Part shown: positions 1 to 5,404 of the stretch, piece by piece
How positions within the stretch are numbered: the stretch's first letter is position 1
How the letters are laid out: every line of letters begins with the position of its first letter
NCBI GenBank assembly: GCA_964590505.1
Contig: CAZPVV010000001.1
Coordinates: 1-44,727, forward strand
DNA length: 44,727 bases
Direction of reading: 5' to 3'
Origin: an uncultured Candidatus Saccharibacteria bacterium
GTDB taxonomy: Bacteria > Patescibacteriota > Minisyncoccia > Phycocordibacterales > Phycocordibacteraceae
Position numbers and translations under genes: made by a program
Notes under the pieces: generated by a model
What the model was told of the DNA's origin: nothing
The model's input: the letters and a program-made list of their open reading frames with translations, nothing else
Databases searched by the model: none

Positions 1-6
1 AGTGTA

Positions 7-948
7 GTGGAGAAGTACGTTGCAATAATGAATGCAGCAGAGAGGGCAGCAGAGATGGTAAAAGCAAAGCCATCCTTAAGTGAAGAGGTTGAGCATAATA
101 CGAGGGAGAGAGCCGCGAACTTTTTAGTTCGCTTTGCTGAAGGAGTTGACGACGACCTCGGGACTTTGAAAGAGAAGCTAAGTAAAGTTGAAGCAGACAC
201 CGAATTGCTTGTAGCAACAACTCGCACACTTTTTCAGCAAGGTGAAGCAATAGACCTTGTTGAAGGAGTTCGCGTCTCAACGCAAAGTTCAGCTGAATTA
301 GCAGAAGACCCACGAGATATAAAAAGAATAGAATCGCTTCTCATCAGAACTTATAAAGATAAGACAAAGGAATTTCAGGATAGTGTAATTGAATCCTTTC
401 GGAATGCGACGAGCACGCATGAGAGTAAGTTTTATGTCTTGCGTTATAAGGAAGAAATAGCTGCTTTGCTTCGCTTTGATCAGCATCAGGCCGGTGAGAA
501 ATATTTTGGCTCCTTTGTGTCTGACCCAGCCTTTGAGAATGGAAAAGTGGGAGAGGCGTTAATGATCAATGCGATGTCGACCGAGGCTAGAGACTCAATT
601 ATCCTGGCACACTGCAACCCACTCTCTCCTATAACGCAGAAATACATTGAGACAGGATTTGTTGCGACAAAACTAGAGGATTACGCTGGCGTACCCAGCT
701 TCTCCATTAGACTGGATGCAAAAGCAAATACGCAAAGTGAAACAAAATCATGGAAGCCTGAGCGTATTGTGCAGGCAGCGCTTTCGCAAAATAACCCAAA
801 CATACAAGCCTTTAGTGTAAAAAGACCAGAAGAGATTCCTTTTAATTTAGTAAATCAAGGATTTTCGCTCACCCGTTACCTTAAACAGGGAGAACGACTC
901 TACGCTGTGTTTGAACGACTTTCATCTGAAGAGAAGGGTTCTGCGTAG
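7..948 (+). CDS. hypothetical protein; the frame stays open to the window edge, so the 5' end may be missing
   Basis: 313-codon ORF in the track. I recognise no family motif. The 3' end overlaps the convergent gene by 49 nt. Confidence 0.5.
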   Translation: MEKYVAIMNAAERAAEMVKAKPSLSEEVEHNTRERAANFLVRFAEGVDDDLGTLKEKLSKVEADTELLVATTRTLFQQGEAIDLVEGVRVSTQSSAELAEDPRDIKRIESLLIRTYKDKTKEFQDSVIESFRNATSTHESKFYVLRYKEEIAALLRFDQHQAGEKYFGSFVSDPAFENGKVGEALMINAMSTEARDSIILAHCNPLSPITQKYIETGFVATKLEDYAGVPSFSIRLDAKANTQSETKSWKPERIVQAALSQNNPNIQAFSVKRPEEIPFNLVNQGFSLTRYLKQGERLYAVFERLSSEEKGSA

Positions 949-1700
949 TTCCATAAGACATCGAATATTGATCGGTGCGCATTTGTAATGTGTGTATCGT
1001 GGACAATCATTGCTACTGGTTCGGCACAATCAACAACTATGTAGCTGGTTTTTCCGTCATACATCTGGATGATGGTTTTTGAGGGGGCATCTGCGTACTT
1101 TATGAGACGAGAGTCTGTAACCGAGGTGTCGTATGCACTCAACATACTGCGTGTGAAGGGGGTATCCGCCAGAATGCCCTTTTTCTGAATGCCCTTCCGC
1201 TTTCGTTTCTCTAGGTACTCAGTATTGAGATCGCGGTACGATTCATCGATGGCCTTGAGGTCTGCAAAGGTATAAATGACCTCCTTTGCCGAAAGAGTAT
1301 CATTTAGAACCTTTGCGATACCTCCCATCCCTTCAAAGAACTCAATTCCAGGCTTTCCTCCGGCAATGTTATAGGCAGAAGAGAGAGGTCCAAGCGCACC
1401 TTCAAGAGCTGACAGCGCATCTTTTGCTTCGTTTTGCTTTCGTTCAATGATTTCCTTGAGTTTAAGAGGATGCGCCGCAACAAACTCTGCAACTTTGCCT
1501 GCTTCTTCTCGTTTCTCAACAAGGCCCAGCCCAGAAAGCTCGCCCAGCACCTTATACGAGAGCGTTCTAGACACTGCTCCTCTGCGGGCTATGTCACTTG
1601 CACTTGAAGGTCCACTACGAACGAGTGCTTCATAAAGTCGTGCTTGCTCACCACTAAGCCCTGCCTGGATAAGGTGTTGTTCAAAAGAAGATGTGTCCAT
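900..1700 (-). CDS. TrmB-family winged-helix transcriptional regulator
   Basis: The N-terminal LYEALVRSGPSSASDIARRGAVSRTLSYKVLGELSGLGLVEK is a typical TrmB/MarR-like wHTH. The 266-aa length fits TrmB N plus C domains. Confidence 0.75.
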   Translation of the reverse strand: MDTSSFEQHLIQAGLSGEQARLYEALVRSGPSSASDIARRGAVSRTLSYKVLGELSGLGLVEKREEAGKVAEFVAAHPLKLKEIIERKQNEAKDALSALEGALGPLSSAYNIAGGKPGIEFFEGMGGIAKVLNDTLSAKEVIYTFADLKAIDESYRDLNTEYLEKRKRKGIQKKGILADTPFTRSMLSAYDTSVTDSRLIKYADAPSKTIIQMYDGKTSYIVVDCAEPVAMIVHDTHITNAHRSIFDVLWNYAEPFSSDESRSNTA

Positions 1701-1710
1701 AAATTATATT

Positions 1711-1730
1711 TTGTCATAGAATCGTGACAA
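1711..1730. promoter_or_regulatory. perfect inverted repeat TTGTCA-N8-TGACAA just upstream of the TrmB-like start; candidate auto-operator
   Basis: Read directly as ttgtca tagaatcg tgacaa. It sits next to a minus-strand TATAAT box (1703-1708). Confidence 0.4.
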
Positions 1731-1809
1731 AAACAACCTTAAAACCGTGGATTGTCTGTAAATAAAGGCTATTTATGAGACACATCATCGCAATTTATGT
1801 TCCAACACA

Positions 1810-1838
1810 TTGACAGAAGGTGAATACTGGGCTATGCT
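1810..1838 (+). promoter_or_regulatory. sigma70-type promoter TTGACA-17 nt-TATGCT facing the GC-rich island
   Basis: TTGACA at 1810-1815, a 17-nt spacer, TATGCT at 1833-1838. It has the same architecture as other promoters readable in this window. Confidence 0.55.
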
Positions 1839-1844
1839 ATTGGA

Positions 1845-2287
1845 AGTTAGATGGTCATTCAAGGAGGTGTTCAGAAATGTGCTCCCCACCCTCTAGTCCT
1901 GAAAGGGAAGGTACTCGAACCTCTCGCAAGAGCTAAGTCGAGAAAGAGGAGAGAGTGGGGATGAGAAGCGCATTTCTTCACATCTATTTGCCAGAAAGGC
2001 AGTGCGTAGAAGGAAGGTCCGCAAATACCGTCCTTTCTAGGTACTTGGGGCTTATGCCCGACAACCCCTTTCGCCCGTTTTCCTTGTGAGGAGATCGGCT
2101 GGTCACAAAGGACTAACCTCCCTTTGCGACTAGAAATGTCCTCACAACAGAAGAGGAGTCATTTGATAACTGAATAGAAGGGAACCATGAGCGAAGGAGA
2201 GAGCGCTCGTGGTTCCTCCCATGCACCTTTTTGGGTGTGGGGGAGGGATCACCGCTGTGGTGGTTCTGTTAATAGAAGGAGAAGGTT
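1845..2287 (+). promoter_or_regulatory. structured leader RNA of about 440 nt containing three micro-ORFs (19, 42 and 34 codons)
   Basis: No ORF of 60 aa or more before 2209. A long-range helix pairs 1874-1894 with 1950-1976. A 13-bp stem pairs 2181-2193 with 2204-2216. There is a C(GCAA)G loop at 1925-1928. The micro-ORFs are 1877-1936 (SD AAGGAGG), 1961-2089 and 2187-2291. Confidence 0.45.
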
Positions 2288-3350
2288 ATGAACCTTCTAG
2301 TGATCGATGCCCGCTCGCGGGATCTGCGTTGCTGGATGGCCTCGGCCACCCAGTGTTTCCAGACCCGGGCGGTCTGGAAGGCCGAAGCACCATTGGTGCT
2401 TCGGTATGCGGCAGAAATCGGTTCTTTGCACCAACTGGTGCAAAGAACCGATGAGGGGGTGCAAGCCCTCTTCCCAGGACCAGTCTTGGTCCTGGGATCC
2501 TACCAGGCGGTAGGATCTGCTGGGTTCACGGAGACCTCCGTGAACCCGCACCTCCACGGGCTGACACCCGTGGAGGTGTACGGCATCCTTAGCCCCGCTG
2601 CTGCGGGTCTAGTCCGCTTTGGGGAGCCCATAACAGGGGTTCTTCTCAGTGGATTAGTCAAGGCCCGGCTTCTGCCGGGCCAACAAAGCAGCAACTGCCA
2701 GACGGCAGCTGCTGCGCGGGCGGCAGGCCGGCTTCTGCCGAGCCTTCTTCCTGTGGTCACTCTGGCAGAAGGCCAGAGTGACCGGGTCAGAGTATGGAAA
2801 CTCGAGGGGACCGAATGTCTCTTTGAGTTTCCAGAAGAACATCAGCCGGGCTTTGGTCCGGCTGACATCCTCCGCCGTTGGCTGGAGGACGCTGTCGTAC
2901 CCTACGGGGCACGACATGACGCCGGCGGCTACGGCCACGCGGCGCTCATTCTACGGAAGGCGCTTCGTCGCCTTCCGTGGGAGGTTCAAAGAGAGGCACT
3001 CGCCTCTCTTTTCAAGAACTTTCCTACCGAAAGGTGGGAAGAGGTCCATTTCGACGAGGTGGATGAATATTATTCCGCCTGCGACAGGCGGGGGATCTGG
3101 TTCATCGAGCCAGATCCAGAGGATCCCTGTGGGGTCCTCGTCGAGTCCCTTCGCGACGCGGAGGGAAACAGGAGACAGATCCGGCTTCGGCCGAATCTGT
3201 CTCCTGAGACGGAGGGTCTCTTCGTGGAGACCCTCCGTCAGGTTCTCATTGAGTATAAGGAGAACGGTTATGTGAAGTAGGTTGGTTTCCCGAGCGCACG
3301 GTTACGCGCTCGGGACTCCTATTTAGCTCACGACAATGGTGTCGTGAGCT
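2281..3350 (+). other. array of about 28 consecutive, non-repetitive stem-loops (stems 5-16 bp, loops 3-10 nt)
   Basis: Arms read directly. Examples: 2417-2432/2437-2452 (16 bp perfect), 3208-3220/3227-3239 (13 bp), 2549-2560/2567-2578 (12 bp), 2755-2766/2772-2783 (12 bp), 2522-2532/2537-2547 (11 bp). The fuller list is in the findings. Confidence 0.8.
2288..3280 (+). CDS. hypothetical 330-aa protein; coding status uncertain because the whole ORF coincides with the hairpin array
   Basis: SD GAAGGAGAAGG lies 3-4 nt upstream of the ATG. The ORF is long for this GC content. The C-terminal two thirds look protein-like. No motif recognised. Confidence 0.45.
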   Translation: MNLLVIDARSRDLRCWMASATQCFQTRAVWKAEAPLVLRYAAEIGSLHQLVQRTDEGVQALFPGPVLVLGSYQAVGSAGFTETSVNPHLHGLTPVEVYGILSPAAAGLVRFGEPITGVLLSGLVKARLLPGQQSSNCQTAAAARAAGRLLPSLLPVVTLAEGQSDRVRVWKLEGTECLFEFPEEHQPGFGPADILRRWLEDAVVPYGARHDAGGYGHAALILRKALRRLPWEVQREALASLFKNFPTERWEEVHFDEVDEYYSACDRRGIWFIEPDPEDPCGVLVESLRDAEGNRRQIRLRPNLSPETEGLFVETLRQVLIEYKENGYVK

Positions 3351-3366
3351 AACAGGGGGTTCTATC

Positions 3367-3738
3367 ATGGACATCGTTCTGAACCAGGGAGGAGAGGTTG
3401 CGGGTGCCTCCTCCTGGACGACGGGCTTCAAAGCCTACACCCGTTGCCGACCCGCTTTCTTCAGCGAGGAGCAAGTGCTCGCGCACGCGCTCAAACTGGA
3501 GGAAGAATGGGGGAGCAGGCACGCGCTCGCTTGGCTCGAACGGTGGTTCGACCGGCAGCGGTGCCTTGGGCAAGGACCCCGTTCTTGCCCACTCCAATGG
3601 GCTCGCGACAAACGTCGTGGGCCCATAGAGTTCTTACGCACTTCCTGTGTTTGCACATCCCTGCATCACTCTGACGGAGAAGAAATCTCTCTCCTCGGCC
3701 GTCATGCTGGTGCACGGGTTTGCGAACATAGGAGGTAA
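3367..3738 (+). CDS. hypothetical 123-aa protein
   Basis: SD-like AGGGGG lies 8 nt upstream. The stop is 2 nt before the next start. Several overlapping alternative frames in this GC-rich stretch make the call tentative. Confidence 0.4.
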   Translation: MDIVLNQGGEVAGASSWTTGFKAYTRCRPAFFSEEQVLAHALKLEEEWGSRHALAWLERWFDRQRCLGQGPRSCPLQWARDKRRGPIEFLRTSCVCTSLHHSDGEEISLLGRHAGARVCEHRR

Positions 3739-3740
3739 CA

Positions 3741-3923
3741 ATGTCGCAAAAGGTCTTCTGCCTGCTCACCATGGCCGTCGTTCTGCTGCTCTTCGCAACG
3801 TTCATGGCTTACGCGAGCTACCACGACTTCGGGAAGCTCGTCCCCCAGGCCATCTTCACCGTCGGCGCATTCGTCGTTGGTGCGGTGGCCGCCGTGGGGT
3901 TCATCTTCGTGAAGGAGGAATAA
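3741..3923 (+). CDS. small membrane protein, 60 aa, two predicted TM helices
   Basis: SD TAGGAGG lies 6 nt upstream. There are two hydrophobic segments (LLTMAVVLLLFATFMAYA and FTVGAFVVGAVAAVGFIF). A terminator follows. Confidence 0.6.
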   Translation: MSQKVFCLLTMAVVLLLFATFMAYASYHDFGKLVPQAIFTVGAFVVGAVAAVGFIFVKEE

Positions 3924-3935
3924 TCATGAAGAAGA

Positions 3936-3966
3936 ACAAAAACGCCCGCTTCGGTGGGCGTTTTTC
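3936..3966. terminator. bidirectional intrinsic terminator with a C(UUCG)G-capped stem
   Basis: aaaaacgcccgc ttcg gtgggcgttttt, flanked by an A-run and a T-run. It serves the island operon and the convergent gene that ends at 3985. Confidence 0.7.
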
Positions 3967-3984
3967 TATATTCAGATACCAAAC

Positions 3985-4788
3985 TCAATTCTCAACCCCA
4001 TACTCCCTATAGAAATCCTCTATCGGCGCAGACGCACGAAGCGGAAGCATGAGCGGTTCGGTCATGATGCTCGTGAGTGGTGCATCAGGCGGAAGAGTCT
4101 TTAAGCGTTCTGTAAGAACAGACGCTAGTTCTTTATTTAGTGTTCCGTCACTAGTGAGGAACTGACCCCAGAGCATGGTTCCTTTCTGCCAGGACTCTTC
4201 TTCTGTATTAGGTACAAGATGGTCTGTAAAACTAGCAGGGTAGAGTGCGCGGTACTCCTTACGGTTATATAGCCATGAGTTACCCGTCATAGTCGTCACA
4301 TCTGGGTGCTCAGCTTTCAGTGTGCGAACAGCATCAGCAATCTCAGAACGTCGTTGTAGAACCTTATCACTTTGTAGGGGGCCAGTTGGTCCATACTCTG
4401 CATTCACAAAATGCATCTGCGCCACTTTGGTATCAGGATCAAAGGTACAACTAGAACACCCAAAACGGTGTCCTTCTTGATAGGGAATAAGATCGGTGCG
4501 GGTCTCTTTCAAATACTTCTCATACGCAATCTCAAGAAAGTTATCTCTCGTTAAGTCAGGATGCTTTACATACGTGTCTTGCGCACGATCAAATCGGTGT
4601 ATGTTCTGGTGGATCATTGGTGCATAACTCTCGGACGCCATAACGAGTGACGTTTGGTTTCGCTCGGCCATCACCTCCGCAACGCTCAGCTGAAACGCAA
4701 AGAAGTCTTTCTCAATAGGAATCTCTTCTCGTGGTGTCCACCCCTCTTTAGAAAGAGCTTCAGCAGGTTTTGTGGGCATTCTCTCCAT
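3985..4788 (-). CDS. hypothetical protein, 267 aa
   Basis: Clean ORF. A TATACT box lies 8 nt upstream of the ATG on the minus strand, which looks leaderless. No family recognised. Confidence 0.6.
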   Translation of the reverse strand: MERMPTKPAEALSKEGWTPREEIPIEKDFFAFQLSVAEVMAERNQTSLVMASESYAPMIHQNIHRFDRAQDTYVKHPDLTRDNFLEIAYEKYLKETRTDLIPYQEGHRFGCSSCTFDPDTKVAQMHFVNAEYGPTGPLQSDKVLQRRSEIADAVRTLKAEHPDVTTMTGNSWLYNRKEYRALYPASFTDHLVPNTEEESWQKGTMLWGQFLTSDGTLNKELASVLTERLKTLPPDAPLTSIMTEPLMLPLRASAPIEDFYREYGVEN

Positions 4789-4804
4789 TGCCCCTCAGTA
4801 TAAA

Positions 4805-4840
4805 GCAAAAGCGCCCCCTATGTTGGAGGGCGCTTTTGCA
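4805..4840 (-). terminator. intrinsic terminator downstream of hup
   Basis: GC stem gcgccc/gggcgc, followed on the minus strand by a T-run. Confidence 0.5.
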
Positions 4841-4856
4841 AAAGAAACGTAAACGA

Positions 4857-5129
4857 CTACTTCACTGCGTCCTTAAGTGCCTTTGCAGCACGGAACTTAG
4901 GAGTACGTGTTGCGGCAATCTTGATGGTCTCTCCAGTGCGAGGGTTGCGACCAGTGCGAGCTGGGCGAGCCTTTGCGCTAAAGATACCAAGTCCTGCGAT
5001 GGAAACTTCGTCACCTGACTTAAGTCCACCAGTAATGCAGTCAATGATGGTCTCAACTGCGCGATCTGCATCAGCGCGTGTGCCACCGAGCACATCCTGC
5101 ACCTTTGCTACGATATCTGCTTTGTTCAT
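4857..5129 (-). CDS. hup: HU-family DNA-binding protein
   Basis: 90 aa. MNKADIV..., the GLGIFSAKARPARTGRNPRTGETIKI arm, and the PKFRAAKALKDAV tail are canonical HU. Confidence 0.9.
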   Translation of the reverse strand: MNKADIVAKVQDVLGGTRADADRAVETIIDCITGGLKSGDEVSIAGLGIFSAKARPARTGRNPRTGETIKIAATRTPKFRAAKALKDAVK

Positions 5130-5177
5130 GAGGGAGCGTTTAGGGTTAAGAACACCCTGCGTGAGGGTATGTTAAAA

Positions 5178-5205
5178 AGTATAGGAAATGCGCCATATTA
5201 TGCAA
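5178..5205 (-). promoter_or_regulatory. hup promoter TTGCAT-16 nt-TATACT (minus strand)
   Basis: Read on the reverse complement; it lies about 50 nt upstream of the hup ATG. Confidence 0.5.
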
Positions 5206-5239
5206 TAGGGTAGGAAATGGGTGGGGATAGCCCATATTT

Positions 5240-5268
5240 TTGACAAAATATTCTCAAAGTGTTATATT
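5240..5268 (+). promoter_or_regulatory. orphan plus-strand promoter TTGACA-17 nt-TATATT
   Basis: Near-consensus boxes, with both neighbouring genes on the opposite strand. Confidence 0.5.
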
Positions 5269-5274
5269 TTGTTC

Positions 5275-5393
5275 AGCACTGAAAACACAGTAGCCGTCCC
5301 GCAAGGGATCTGAGCTTAACATCCACGTGAAGTTCTACTTTTTTACTCTTTCAAATTAAAGAAAACCCGCGCACTCTAGCGCGGGTTTTCTTT
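5275..5393 (+). ncRNA. candidate small RNA of about 115 nt (promoter to terminator, no ORF)
   Basis: The interval is bounded by the 5240 promoter and the 5366-5385 terminator stem plus T-run. It contains a CCC(GCAA)GGG hairpin at 5298-5307. No start codon with an SD. Confidence 0.35.
5361..5393. terminator. bidirectional intrinsic terminator
   Basis: aaaacccgcgc actcta gcgcgggtttt, with T-runs on both strands. It lies downstream of rny on the minus strand. Confidence 0.75.
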
Positions 5394-5404
5394 ATCTCCT
5401 TAAT

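Noticed and set aside
2012-2021. GGAAGGTCCG, which resembles the RNase P RNA CR-I box (GGAAAGTCCG).
   Set aside because: The other universally conserved RNase P elements (the GGUAAGGGUGAAA-type and ACAGAA..GGCUUA arrangement, and P4 pairing) are absent, and the context is an mRNA leader.
2297-3275. Minus-strand ORFs of 86, 86 and 94 aa, and a 165-aa alternative + frame, inside the island.
   Set aside because: These are expected by-products of high GC and of palindromic arms, which are stop-free on both strands. The composition is Arg/Ser/Pro-rich and there is no SD.
2288-3923. The idea of an endogenised levivirus-like cassette (a heavily structured RNA, a coat-sized ORF of about 123 aa with an N-terminal VLNQGG reminiscent of the MS2 VLVDNGG, and a small TM lysis-like ORF).
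   Set aside because: There is no RdRp, the similarity covers only a few residues, the predicted helical content does not fit a coat fold, and no DNA stage is known for such phages. I keep it only as an analogy for coding RNA that is densely hairpinned.
1810-3966. The idea that the island is an IS110/bridge-RNA, IscB/TnpB omega-RNA, retron, DGR or group II intron element.
   Set aside because: - The 330-aa ORF begins MNLLVIDARSRD, faintly like the IS110 GIDVSK box, but it lacks the rest of the DEDD pattern and the C-terminal SIPGIG-type domain.
- There are no RuvC/HNH, reverse-transcriptase (YxDD) or domain-V-like motifs.
- There are no terminal repeats.
3926-4012. A 28-codon ORF with a perfect AAGGAGG-7 nt-ATG.
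   Set aside because: The SD is made of the last codons of the 60-aa gene. The frame reads straight through the terminator hairpin and into the convergent gene. It is most likely coincidental.
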